A stretch of 57,559 bases of DNA, taken from NCBI GenBank assembly GCA_949282945.1, contig CASDQQ010000050.1, forward strand, positions 1 through 57,559, in the 5' to 3' direction. This DNA is from an uncultured Eubacteriales bacterium (lineage in GTDB: Bacteria > Bacillota > Clostridia > UBA1212 > CASDQQ01). Both the position numbers and the translations under genes were made by a program. Shown piece after piece: positions 44,899-54,822 of this stretch. The notes beneath the pieces are model-generated. The model made no database searches, was not told the DNA's origin, and saw only the letters and a list, made by a program, of their open reading frames with translations. Numbering within the stretch: position 1 is the stretch's first letter; the number at the start of each line of letters is the position of its first letter.

Positions 44899-45657
44899 TC
44901 AACTGCCCGATTTAGTAATAACCTCAAAGTCGTCAAGTTTCAGGCTTGCCCCGCCTACCAGGCCTCCGTCTATATCAGACATTGAGAACAGCTCAGCGGC
45001 ATTCTTTGCATTAACGCTTCCGCCATACTGGATTCTTACGGTCTCCGCTACCTTCTCATCATAAAGTTCTTTGACCGTTTCCCTGATTATGGCGCATACT
45101 TCATTCGCCTGTTCATTAGTAGCTGTCTTGCCGGTTCCTATAGCCCATATAGGCTCGTAAGCTATAACTGTTTCACAGACCTGATCGGCAGTCAGTCCCA
45201 GTAACGCAACCTTTATCTGATACCTTATATGATCCGCGGTCACTCCCTGTTCTCTCTGCTCCAAAGACTCCCCGCAGCAGATTATAGGTTTCATTCCATA
45301 CTTAAATATAGCGTGAGCTTTTTTATTGACTGTTTCATTTGTCTCCGCAAAATACTCTCTTCTCTCGGAGTGTCCGATTATTACGTAATCAACGCCAAGG
45401 TCCGCGAGCATAGGACCTGAAACCTCTCCTGTATAAGCTCCTTTTTCCTCAAAATGGATATTCTGAGCGGCCACCTTAATATTTGACCCTGCCGCCGCAG
45501 CCTTGACTGCGGGAATGCATACGAACGGAACTCCTACCACCACTTCAGTATTCGCGTCCTTTACTCTTTCTTTTAACGCTGTTATAAATTCTGCCGCTTC
45601 TGAGGGAGTTTTATTCATTTTCCAGTTACCTGCGGCGATTACTGTTCTTTTAGCCAT
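44899..45657 (-). CDS. tpiA: Triose-phosphate isomerase
   Basis: [27 protein letters not shown] and GGASL motifs. Confidence 0.95.
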   Translation of the reverse strand: MAKRTVIAAGNWKMNKTPSEAAEFITALKERVKDANTEVVVGVPFVCIPAVKAAAAGSNIKVAAQNIHFEEKGAYTGEVSGPMLADLGVDYVIIGHSERREYFAETNETVNKKAHAIFKYGMKPIICCGESLEQREQGVTADHIRYQIKVALLGLTADQVCETVIAYEPIWAIGTGKTATNEQANEVCAIIRETVKELYDEKVAETVRIQYGGSVNAKNAAELFSMSDIDGGLVGGASLKLDDFEVITKSGS

Positions 45658-45669
45658 TTTTTAATCTCC

Positions 45670-46869
45670 TTACTTGTCCATTAATGCATCTATTCCGGGA
45701 AGAGTCTTTCCTTCTAAGAATTCAAGAGAAGCTCCGCCTCCTGTGGAAACGTGGGAAATCTTTTCTGCGTATCCCATCTGTTCAACAGCAGCGGCAGAAT
45801 CGCCTCCGCCTACGATAGTAAGCGCTCCGGACTCGGCCAAAGCTTTTGCAACTTCCTTGGTTCCCACAGCGAAATTAGGCATTTCAAATACTCCCATAGG
45901 TCCGTTCCAGATTACTGTCTTTGCATTTTTGATAGTATCTGAGAAAATCCTGATCGTTTCCGTACCTATATCGAGGCCCATCCAACCGTCTTCAATAGCG
46001 TTTGACGCTACTACTTTTCTTTCCGAATCATTTTTAAACTCTTTAGCTACCATGTTATCGACAGGCAGAAGAAGTTTGACTCCCTTAGCATCGGCTTTTG
46101 CCATAAGCTCTTTCGCAAGCTCCACTCTATCCTCTTCAACAATGGAAGTTCCGATGTTGTAGCCTTTTGCTTTGAAAAATGTATACGCCATTCCTCCGCC
46201 GATTATCAATGTATCTACTTTATCGATCAAATTATCTATAACTTTTATCTTATCAGAAACCTTTGAGCCTCCCAATATAGCTACGAAAGGTCTTTCCGGA
46301 TTAGAAAGAGCTCCTCCCATAAATTCGATCTCTTTCTTGATCAGATATCCGCACACCGCCGGAAGAAACTCGGCAATAACAGCCGTAGAAGCATGCGCTC
46401 TGTGAGCCGTTCCGAAAGCGTCGTTTACATAAATTTCTGCCATCGAAGCAAGTTCTTTGGCAAACGCTCTTGCAACCTCAGGATCCTTTGATGTCTCTTC
46501 TTTGTGGAATCTTACGTTTTCAAGCATTAATACCTGGCCTTCTTTTAACGCAGCGGCCTTAGTTTTAGCGTCTTCTCCGATAACGTCCGAAGCCATTATT
46601 ACTTCCTGTCCGATCAATTCGCTGAGTCTTTTAGCCGTAGGTTTCATGCTGAATTTCTCTTCCGGACCATTTTTTGGCCTTCCAAGATGTGAAACAAGAA
46701 TAGTTTTAGCTTTATGCGCTATAAGATATTTTATAGTAGGGAGCGCTCCGACAATTCTTTTATCGTCGGTAATGTTTCCGTTCTCATCCAGAGGCACGTT
46801 AAAGTCTACTCTTACGATAACCTTCTTACCGGATACGTCAATATCCTCTATAGTTTTTTTGTTTAACAT
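45670..46869 (-). CDS. pgk: Phosphoglycerate kinase
   Basis: [24 protein letters not shown]-type (GGSKVSDKI) and STGGGASLE motifs; 399 aa. Confidence 0.95.
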   Translation of the reverse strand: MLNKKTIEDIDVSGKKVIVRVDFNVPLDENGNITDDKRIVGALPTIKYLIAHKAKTILVSHLGRPKNGPEEKFSMKPTAKRLSELIGQEVIMASDVIGEDAKTKAAALKEGQVLMLENVRFHKEETSKDPEVARAFAKELASMAEIYVNDAFGTAHRAHASTAVIAEFLPAVCGYLIKKEIEFMGGALSNPERPFVAILGGSKVSDKIKVIDNLIDKVDTLIIGGGMAYTFFKAKGYNIGTSIVEEDRVELAKELMAKADAKGVKLLLPVDNMVAKEFKNDSERKVVASNAIEDGWMGLDIGTETIRIFSDTIKNAKTVIWNGPMGVFEMPNFAVGTKEVAKALAESGALTIVGGGDSAAAVEQMGYAEKISHVSTGGGASLEFLEGKTLPGIDALMDK

Positions 46870-46928
46870 TATAAAATCCTCGCTTTCTAATAATCTAACT
46901 AGCCGTGTACATTTTATAACTAATCAGA

Positions 46929-48065
46929 CTATTTTTCAAGCAATTTTTGCCATATATCTCCTGGCAATTCGCCAGAAGAATAATAGAAATTTTCATCCTT
47001 TATTATCGGTTCATATTCTATTCCAAGTATACCTTTTCTGACCTTGCTTCCAATTTCCTCTTTTCTTATCACAAATTCCAATGCGTTCTCATTTTCTTCT
47101 CTGCCGTTTATCTGATAAATCTTAAAAATCACATACCCGTTTTCGCACTTTAAGACATTGACTTCTCTTTCTCTTCCTGTAAGACTCATCTCGACATATT
47201 TCTCCCCAAAAAGCTCCGCCGTATTTGATGTGGAATCTACGCTTATCAGGCCAGAGTAAATATTGTAGTCCGGATATTGAGCTTTCATCTGATGATGGTA
47301 TTCCCCGTTTATCAGACGGTCTCTTATCTGATAGGCAACCTCGGAATATCTGCTCTCTTCGCTTGGGGAAATTCCTCCTTCGGGAAATTTTATATATACG
47401 GTTTCCACTGTACATTGAGCATACTCCATTCTGTTCTGATTAAAATAATTATCCATTGAGGCTTCAAGTCTTCTTCTTGTACGTACGGATTCTTCGTATT
47501 TCGCTCCTGCCTCCGCCCTGTCCATTAAGGTCTTGTATCTTTGGCTTATCTGTCTCAGATCACTTATAGCCGACTCTATCTCCTGTCCGGTTTCAGTTAA
47601 AAAATATTTTTTATACAAAAACTGTCTCCTATAATATTCTTTAAAATCCGCCTTGCTTACTCCGAAATAATCCAAATACGCCTGATTATTATTATAATTC
47701 CCAAGATAATCAAATCCTAATTCTATAAATTTTGATATCAGCATAAGGTCCACCTCAGCTTCATCAGCCCCGGTGATATTATACCCCTGTTCGATACACA
47801 TAGTATGATAATAAGAATCTATACATATTCTGTCCAAAACATTGTTTCTGAGTTCTTCCATATATTCTTCGTGACTTTCATAAAGACCCGGATCCATTTC
47901 CTTAGCCGCGTTTATCATATACATCCGATAAACACCTTTTGAAAATTTTATTCCGTTACACTCCACGGCTATATTATTTTCAGCTTCTATATAAACAAAA
48001 TATCCGGTAACCGCCGCCGAGACTATAGCTAATATTATAAGAGAAGAGATTATTATCTTTTTCAT
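46929..48065 (-). CDS. Membrane-anchored PrsA/SurA-like protein, paralog 1 (degenerate parvulin-like domain)
   Basis: N-terminal TM anchor. It shares blocks with the upstream gene (ECNGIKFSKGVY vs QCNGLDINKSTF; VDSTSN in both; YEPII vs YDPII). No recognisable catalytic parvulin residues. Tentative family call. Confidence 0.4.
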   Translation of the reverse strand: MKKIIISSLIILAIVSAAVTGYFVYIEAENNIAVECNGIKFSKGVYRMYMINAAKEMDPGLYESHEEYMEELRNNVLDRICIDSYYHTMCIEQGYNITGADEAEVDLMLISKFIELGFDYLGNYNNNQAYLDYFGVSKADFKEYYRRQFLYKKYFLTETGQEIESAISDLRQISQRYKTLMDRAEAGAKYEESVRTRRRLEASMDNYFNQNRMEYAQCTVETVYIKFPEGGISPSEESRYSEVAYQIRDRLINGEYHHQMKAQYPDYNIYSGLISVDSTSNTAELFGEKYVEMSLTGREREVNVLKCENGYVIFKIYQINGREENENALEFVIRKEEIGSKVRKGILGIEYEPIIKDENFYYSSGELPGDIWQKLLEK

Positions 48066-48083
48066 ATTATTTATTCCTCCAAA

Positions 48084-49067
48084 CTATATCCCCGGAATGG
48101 ACGATATGCCGTCGTACTCAGCCTGGTCTAAAATTATCGGATCATATTTTTCCTCAGATACTTTTTGTAAAAGAAAGTCTTCGTATCTTTCTTCCCGCAG
48201 GAGGTTTTCTATATCCTCCTTCTGTTCTTCATATCCGACCTCTTTTATAATATAAGTCACGGATATCCCTTTTTCGCTTTCCAGAACTAATACGTCTCCC
48301 TCCGAGGAATTTATGACCCGTGATATAAGACCCCCTCCATATGTCATATCAAGATTTGACGTACTGTCTACGGTAAACGTTCCCGATTTATCTATATATT
48401 TTTTGAAATCTTCCTGAACTTTTGAAAGTCCATCCTCTGTTTTCATCATTGCTTTGATCTGCTCTACATGCTCCGGCAAGATACCTTTCTCGGGACTTAA
48501 AAGTACGGCCTCTATTTCAAAAGCTCCGTATTTCTCTATGTTTTCAGAAAAATATGTTCTTATTTCTTCTTCCGTAACCACTAAACCGTCATTGTCGGCA
48601 ATATCCTTCTCGCAAAAACGCCCTGCTAAAAGATCCTCTTCTTCAAATACCATATACTGTTCAAATGTCACGCCAAAGGTATCTCTGAATATCTTATCTC
48701 TCTTAGATGCTTCGTAATCAAGTCCGGAATCCATAAGAGCAACTAAAACGCTGGCCCTGAACATACTGCGTTCTTCCTGTTCAAGCGTTATTCCTGCTTC
48801 CTGGCAGCCCTGTTTAAAATAGGTATATTCTCTGACTGCTTTAAGTGCGTTTTCCTTTGCTTTTCCCAGTATATTTTCTTCTGTAATTCCTTCCTCTCCA
48901 TACAGTTCTGCGGCCTGATTTAACATAAGCAGCGTAAATGTACTTTTATTGATATCCAATCCGTTGCACTGCATTATCACCGGATCCTTATCAGAAGAGC
49001 AGGACGCCGTTGTCAGTATGATTGAGGATGCAACGAAAAGTATCAAAATTTTCAGGAATTTTTTCAT
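48084..49067 (-). CDS. PrsA/SurA-like lipoprotein, paralog 2 (degenerate parvulin-like domain)
   Basis: Signal peptide with lipobox LTTASC. Paralogous to 46929-48065. A parvulin-like stretch is present (FEIEAVLL...DSTSN..GGGLISRV..GDVLVLESEKGISVTYIIKEV), but the usual His is replaced. Confidence 0.45.
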   Translation of the reverse strand: MKKFLKILILFVASSIILTTASCSSDKDPVIMQCNGLDINKSTFTLLMLNQAAELYGEEGITEENILGKAKENALKAVREYTYFKQGCQEAGITLEQEERSMFRASVLVALMDSGLDYEASKRDKIFRDTFGVTFEQYMVFEEEDLLAGRFCEKDIADNDGLVVTEEEIRTYFSENIEKYGAFEIEAVLLSPEKGILPEHVEQIKAMMKTEDGLSKVQEDFKKYIDKSGTFTVDSTSNLDMTYGGGLISRVINSSEGDVLVLESEKGISVTYIIKEVGYEEQKEDIENLLREERYEDFLLQKVSEEKYDPIILDQAEYDGISSIPGI

Positions 49068-49233
49068 ATAAGCACCTTCTGAAATATTTTTGTTATAAGT
49101 ATTTTTATTATATCTTAAAGATGTGCATTATTTGTCTAAAAAAATGCGCTTTCTTGTTTTTTACACAAATTGCATATTTAGCCTGCCTGTATCCTCTGTC
49201 AATAAAAATAATTCAGCTTCTAAAACTGACAAA

Positions 49234-50022
49234 TTACAAAAGGAGTTTTTCTGCATTAAGTCCCAGTATCTTATCCGTATCCTCCTTAGAAAGCCCTAAG
49301 CCGCGTATATACTCCACATACGGCTTTTGCTTTTTCCACGGAGAATCCGTGCCAAAAAGCACCTTATCTGTTCCGTGTTTTTCTATCATCCTGACAGCCC
49401 TTTCTTTTTCCATTTCATCAACTGAAAATGACGTGTCTATATAAAAATCTTTTCCCAACATATATTTTTCCACATCATCCCAAAGAAGGTGCGCTCCCAT
49501 ATGAGCAAAGATAACCTTTTTCCCTTCAAACTCACCAATTATACGGTTGACCCTTTCAGGCGTGCAGTGTACCGGATCCGGCAGACCGATATCCACTCCC
49601 GAATGAAAGAGGATCGCCATATCCATGGAAAATATTTTTCTGTAAACAGGTATCATTCTTTCCTCATCTACAAAAAAGTACTGATAATCGGGGTGAAATT
49701 TTATTCCCTTTATTCCCGCCTCCTTAAGCCTTTCAATTTCTTTTTCCCAGTCTTCAAGCTCAGGATGTATGCTGCCGAAAGGAATTATACCGGGAACCTT
49801 TAAAAGACTTATGGCAAAGTCATTTACTTTTATGTTCTGTCTGGGATTTGTGGCTATGGACTGTATTACCGAATAGTCCACGCCTCCTTCTTCCATAAGC
49901 TTTAAAAGCTCCTCCAGCCTTCCGTTATGATAAGGGGTAAGCCCGCTTCTGTCCGCAAGGCTTTTTACCGCCGATTCCGCTATCTTTTCAGGAAAAATAT
50001 GTGTATGAACGTCAATTATCAT
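49234..50022 (-). CDS. Amidohydrolase-2 family TIM-barrel metal-dependent hydrolase
   Basis: MIIDVHTHIFP (HxH metal site) at the N-terminus, ILFHSG and FGTDSPW C-terminal motifs; 262 aa. The start overlaps the addB 3' end by 11 nt. Confidence 0.7.
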   Translation of the reverse strand: MIIDVHTHIFPEKIAESAVKSLADRSGLTPYHNGRLEELLKLMEEGGVDYSVIQSIATNPRQNIKVNDFAISLLKVPGIIPFGSIHPELEDWEKEIERLKEAGIKGIKFHPDYQYFFVDEERMIPVYRKIFSMDMAILFHSGVDIGLPDPVHCTPERVNRIIGEFEGKKVIFAHMGAHLLWDDVEKYMLGKDFYIDTSFSVDEMEKERAVRMIEKHGTDKVLFGTDSPWKKQKPYVEYIRGLGLSKEDTDKILGLNAEKLLL

Positions 50023-53000
50023 TTTTATTCTCTCCTTTTAATATTTCCCAAATATATTTTTTATCTATTTTTTTCATAGTTCTATATTTATCTCCGGCAG
50101 CCGGATCAAACCCGCAAACCGCAAAATATTTGCAATATTCACAGGGGGTTTTGTTTTTCCCGCTTTTTACAGGCAACGGCGCGATATTCCCCGACGTATA
50201 GCTTTCTATAGAATCGGCTATGACCTTCTCAGAGTGGGAAAAAAGACAATCAAATTGTTCTTTTGTGGCTACCCAACTTGACGCCGAAAAGTTTCCGTCT
50301 TTCTTTATTCCCGCGGGTATTATAAAAGAGCTGCTTCCTATATTATTATCCATAGCCCTTACTATATCCGTATCTGCAAGTAATATCCCGCTGAATTTAA
50401 AGCTTTTGCGCTGAGCGGCCTCCATTTCCGAAGGTCCGGTATCCGCTGAAAATCTGGTAAACGCATCTTTTATATTAAAATAAAGTCCTCCCGCCGGATT
50501 AGCTTCAGGTTCGTTTTTGACCACCGCGTCTAAATATACTGGTAGCTGCACTGCCGTACCGTAATATACGTCGCTGAAATCAAATTCTTTATTTCCTGTT
50601 TTATAATCTATCACTCTGTAATAATTTCCCTCTTCAGTGCTGTAAACGTCTATCCTGTCTATTTTCCCGGTAAGTACAGCCTTTTTATTTCCGCTGAGAG
50701 CAATTTCCATATTACATTCCGATTCAAACTTATATGGTTTAAACTTCCCGTCCTGTATCTGCCTTGTAATAATGGAAGCTACGCGCTTTACCATTTTCCC
50801 CATGCGCCTGGCGAGAAATTCTGAACGAGCCGATTCCCTAAACGAGAAATTTTCCGAATCATATATGGTCTTTTTTATGATTTCCTCCACTTCTCTGTCG
50901 GAAAGTTCTTCCGATATACCGCTGCCTATCCTTTCTAATATCTCATGGACAAAACTGCCCGCTTCCCTGAGACTGAAAGAAAACACCTCTCTTTCTTTTA
51001 ATTTTAATCCGTAATCAGCATAAAAAGAATAAGGACACAGGTTATATCTTTCCACCCGGGAAATACTGGTAGTCACCTCTGTTCCAAAAAGCTTTTCCGC
51101 TCTATCCGCGGAAAGATATATTCTTTCCGTGCGTGATTTTTTATATTTCAGCGCTCTCTGGAGCTTATCTCCATATATTGGATCTTTTGAAAAATATGCT
51201 CCCGCCGCGTCCCATATAGTTTCCTTTCTTCCTGAGCCTATATAATTCAAATATTTTGAAAAGCACTGTTCCTTTGAAGATATACTTTCCATAGGCCTTT
51301 GGTAAATTTCATCCGTGAGAACGTCGCTTTTTTCCTTTATACGCGGAAACATTCCAAGCGCTCTGCCTATTATCCTTGAAGCCCTTTTAGGCTTACCTTC
51401 ATCGTCTTTCAATATATAACTTAAATAAAGGTACTCTGAAGGGGACATGAGAGCCGCATAAATTTGGAACTCTTCCAAATAAGCCTGTTCCCGGGACTCG
51501 GCTGCCAAGGTAACATTATGATCCCTGAGCAAAACACGTTCGCTGTCAGTAAGAATGCCTTCTTTTAAAGGTCCTCCAGGAACCACGCCTTCATTTATTC
51601 CCATAAAAACGAGAGCTTTTATCCCTGGGTTTTTGGTCCTGTCCAGACTTCCTATCTGCACACAGTCCAGGGTGGTCGGTATTTTCCCTACCTCATAGTC
51701 TCCTATTCCTGCCTTGAGTATATTTGTAAAAGCGGTCTGAGACATCTTTTTATCCCCCAGAGCTTCTACCAGTTTATCCAAAACTTCTAAAAACCCGTTC
51801 CAAATATTTATATATTCGCTTTTTTTCAATATGCCGTCGGAGGAAGCCTCGTCTCTATTCATGATTATTTCCGGAATATTTATATCTACCGTAAAATCAT
51901 AAAGCGCCTCCGCTTTTTCCCTTACTGTCCTGCCGCCCGCAAAAGCCTCTTTAAACTTTATAAGCGGAGTAAGCAGTTCTTTTCTCTCCCGATTGACGCG
52001 CTCTTCAAGTCCACTATCTGAAAAAATCCATTTTTCATCGTCAGTCCACTTCTTATAAGTATTTATATTTTTGGCCAGCACATGATTTTCGATCACGTCC
52101 AATATTTCCTGGTCATAAGAAAGCAGACCGCTCTTTAAATAAGTAAATATAGTTCTGTAAGAAAAGTTTTCCGAAACCGCGTCTATAGCCGACATGATAA
52201 GTCTGGCCAAAGGGTGAACGGTAATACTGCTTTTATCGTCTATAAAAAAAGGAATCTCGTTTTTTTCAAAAATATCAGCGCATATGGGACCGTAAGTCTG
52301 GGTATTTTTGGCTATTACCGCTATATCCCGATATCTCAGGCCCTTATCTCTGCAAAGGCTTTTTATGGCGCAGGCCGCGTACTCCGTTTCCGTATAGATA
52401 TTCTTTGCCGCATACACATCTATACCGCAGGTTTCTCTATCATACTTTTTTACAGGATATACTCCGTATTCCCTTTCAAAATGCGCCAACGCCGGATTTA
52501 TATGACGGGTCTTTCCATCGGCTCCCGACAGGTACACCGGCTTTTCCACAGTTATTCCATTTTCTCCTGCCAATTTGATCAGACGGTCATAAGTTTTATA
52601 TACGCTGCTTAAAAAATCCGCTTCTTCATATTCTCTGTTTTCCGGAATTCCGCAGCACAGGGTTATAGTTACCTCTTCCGCTATTTTTAATATCTCCGAG
52701 ATTATTTTATACTCCTGAGGTGTAAAACCAAAAAAGCCGTCTATCCATACTTTCATATTCCGATACGGCCCGTATTTTCTCAGGTTTTCCGCCAGCAGGT
52801 CCATCAGGTCTTTTGAATCAACATATCTTTCATGAAGTATCTCTTCATATTTATCATAAATAAGACGTATCTCCGTCAGTTTCTGCTTAAGAGGTATTCC
52901 CTCCGGAAGTTCCAGGGCGACCTGCTCCATGCGCGATCCGGAAAAATCATATCTTCCCGCCTCGTCGATTATCTGCATTATTTCGTCTAAAAGCCCCGGA

Positions 53001-53356
53001 CGCTCCGAGGCGTTTTTAAATAAAATAAGGCTGCTCCCGCACTCCTCAACGGCCCGGCAGAGTATCATCTTACGTCCCGGTCCGTCTATTACCGGAGTTT
53101 TTACATCCATAATGTCGTTCGCCACTCTTTTAGACATTCTTCTGAAGCTCAAAACATCCGCCCTTATAAGACAATTCCCGCACTCAGGTTCATCCAGCAG
53201 CAATTTTTCCGCCTGAACTGTAAACTGCTCAGGGACAAGAAATATAAGGCTCCTGTCCTTTTTATCCTTGTCCGAATTTATACTTTTAATTATATCTTTT
53301 ATGCAGTAACGGCTTTTACCGGCTCCTGCCCTGCCGTAAACTATGCGCAGTCCCAT
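50012..53356 (-). CDS. addB: ATP-dependent helicase/nuclease AddAB, subunit B
   Basis: IVYGRAGAGKS Walker A, a RecB-type nuclease motif (RVIDYKTG), and the Fe-S cluster cysteines (LCPYSFY ... CEYCKYFAVCGF) characteristic of AddB. ATG 53356 follows GGGAGG. Confidence 0.85.
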   Translation of the reverse strand: MGLRIVYGRAGAGKSRYCIKDIIKSINSDKDKKDRSLIFLVPEQFTVQAEKLLLDEPECGNCLIRADVLSFRRMSKRVANDIMDVKTPVIDGPGRKMILCRAVEECGSSLILFKNASERPGLLDEIMQIIDEAGRYDFSGSRMEQVALELPEGIPLKQKLTEIRLIYDKYEEILHERYVDSKDLMDLLAENLRKYGPYRNMKVWIDGFFGFTPQEYKIISEILKIAEEVTITLCCGIPENREYEEADFLSSVYKTYDRLIKLAGENGITVEKPVYLSGADGKTRHINPALAHFEREYGVYPVKKYDRETCGIDVYAAKNIYTETEYAACAIKSLCRDKGLRYRDIAVIAKNTQTYGPICADIFEKNEIPFFIDDKSSITVHPLARLIMSAIDAVSENFSYRTIFTYLKSGLLSYDQEILDVIENHVLAKNINTYKKWTDDEKWIFSDSGLEERVNRERKELLTPLIKFKEAFAGGRTVREKAEALYDFTVDINIPEIIMNRDEASSDGILKKSEYINIWNGFLEVLDKLVEALGDKKMSQTAFTNILKAGIGDYEVGKIPTTLDCVQIGSLDRTKNPGIKALVFMGINEGVVPGGPLKEGILTDSERVLLRDHNVTLAAESREQAYLEEFQIYAALMSPSEYLYLSYILKDDEGKPKRASRIIGRALGMFPRIKEKSDVLTDEIYQRPMESISSKEQCFSKYLNYIGSGRKETIWDAAGAYFSKDPIYGDKLQRALKYKKSRTERIYLSADRAEKLFGTEVTTSISRVERYNLCPYSFYADYGLKLKEREVFSFSLREAGSFVHEILERIGSGISEELSDREVEEIIKKTIYDSENFSFRESARSEFLARRMGKMVKRVASIITRQIQDGKFKPYKFESECNMEIALSGNKKAVLTGKIDRIDVYSTEEGNYYRVIDYKTGNKEFDFSDVYYGTAVQLPVYLDAVVKNEPEANPAGGLYFNIKDAFTRFSADTGPSEMEAAQRKSFKFSGILLADTDIVRAMDNNIGSSSFIIPAGIKKDGNFSASSWVATKEQFDCLFSHSEKVIADSIESYTSGNIAPLPVKSGKNKTPCEYCKYFAVCGFDPAAGDKYRTMKKIDKKYIWEILKGENKNDN

Positions 53357-53411
53357 TTTTCCTCCCGTCAAAACGTCTTCCGGGAAAGTTCCCGCGTCTT
53401 TCGTACATTAA

Positions 53412-54374
53412 TCATATTTTAGCTTTATATATCTGCCGGCCTTCAAGCGACCATATTTTTTCAGAGAACTCCCCTTTCTTTAAGTCCCCTGAAATACGCT
53501 TCATATCAAACATTCTGGCGTCGATCAGATCTAAGTGGTGCAGCATTTCAGCCTCCGGCGTACATGGATATTTAGGACTTCCATACTCCGGCTCATAATG
53601 ATGAGCCAGTATCATATGGCAAAGGAGCATTACTATCTCTTTGTCAGCGTTTACCCGCTCCCCTTCTTTTGAAATATTCATAGCTCCTTTTACAAGATGT
53701 CCTATAAGGTTGCCTTCCGGAGTATACTCGTCAACCAAACCAAACTGATTTGAGTCCATTTCATCTATTTTAGCCATATCATGGAGTATGACTCCGGCAA
53801 AGAGAAGTTCTTTATCAAGAAAATCATATATTTCACAGACTTTATGCGCAGTCTTAAGCATTGTGGACGTATGGTACAAAAGGCCTCCCATTATAGCGTG
53901 GTGATTTTTCTTTGCCGCGGGGTAATACATAAGCTTACTCTTATTTTTTTCCAGTATATTGACCGTAATATTCCTTATACTGTCATTTTTAAATTTCTTT
54001 GCAGTATCGTAAAGATAGCCGTACATTTCTTCTGAGGCGTAAGGCGCTGTCTGAACAAGGTCAGCGGGATCTATGTTGTCTTCTTCTCTGGCGGGGCGTA
54101 TCTTTTCAAGCTTAAGCTGGAGGCTGCCCTGATATTCTATGACCGTTCCCATTATTCTCACTATCGTTCCCGCTGTCAGCCGCTCCGCAAGTCCCTCCGG
54201 ACAATCCCAAAGCTTCGCGTTTATCTCTCCCCCCGCGTCTCCCAAAGTTATATTAAGGTATTTTGCTCCCGTGGACGAAGTCTTTACCTCGCAGGACTTT
54301 ATCATATAGAAACTAAGTATGTCGTCTTTTACCTCGAAATCTTTTATGTTTTTATGCGGTAATACTATATTCAT
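53412..54374 (-). CDS. yhaM: 3'-5' exoribonuclease YhaM (OB-fold plus HD domain)
   Basis: N-terminal OB fold (TSSTGAKYLNITLGDAGGEINAKLWD) and an HD domain (HHAIMGGLLYHT, ILHDMAKI). ATG 54374 follows GGGAG. Confidence 0.8.
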   Translation of the reverse strand: MNIVLPHKNIKDFEVKDDILSFYMIKSCEVKTSSTGAKYLNITLGDAGGEINAKLWDCPEGLAERLTAGTIVRIMGTVIEYQGSLQLKLEKIRPAREEDNIDPADLVQTAPYASEEMYGYLYDTAKKFKNDSIRNITVNILEKNKSKLMYYPAAKKNHHAIMGGLLYHTSTMLKTAHKVCEIYDFLDKELLFAGVILHDMAKIDEMDSNQFGLVDEYTPEGNLIGHLVKGAMNISKEGERVNADKEIVMLLCHMILAHHYEPEYGSPKYPCTPEAEMLHHLDLIDARMFDMKRISGDLKKGEFSEKIWSLEGRQIYKAKI

Positions 54375-54390
54375 ATAAAAATACTCCCTG

Positions 54391-54822
54391 TTACACCTTA
54401 CGGCAGAAATATCCAAGCGCGGCTATATAGCCGTAAACTCCCAATCCCACGATCTGTCCTTCACAGGCCGGCGCGGTCACAGATTTATGTCTGAAATCCT
54501 CTCTTTTATGTACATTTGAAATATGTACCTCAACTGTGGGTACATCAGCCGCCAAAAGCGCGTCAAATATAGCGTAGCTGTAATGGGTATACGCTCCCGG
54601 ATTTATTATTATTCCGTCATAAACACCTCTTGCTCCATGTATAGCGTCTATAATGGCGCCTTCTGAGTTGCTCTGGATAAAATACGTTTCTGCCCCAAGC
54701 TTCTCTCCTTCCTGTTTTATGACCTCGCAAAGGCCGGCGTAGTCCATATTCCCGTAAATCCCGGGTTCCCGTATGCCTAGCATATTCAGATTCGGTCCGT
54801 TTAAAATCAAAATTTTTTTCAT
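54391..54822 (-). CDS. aroQ: Type II 3-dehydroquinate dehydratase
   Basis: ILILNGPNLNMLGIREPGIYG, INPGAYTHYS and HISNVHKREDFRHKS motifs. Confidence 0.95.
   Translation of the reverse strand: MKKILILNGPNLNMLGIREPGIYGNMDYAGLCEVIKQEGEKLGAETYFIQSNSEGAIIDAIHGARGVYDGIIINPGAYTHYSYAIFDALLAADVPTVEVHISNVHKREDFRHKSVTAPACEGQIVGLGVYGYIAALGYFCRKV

Noticed and set aside
53372-53411. CGGGAA..TTCCCG mini-hairpin between yhaM and addB, considered as a terminator
   Set aside because: The stem is only 5-6 bp, the loop is too small and there is no clear U-tract. The genes are more likely co-transcribed.
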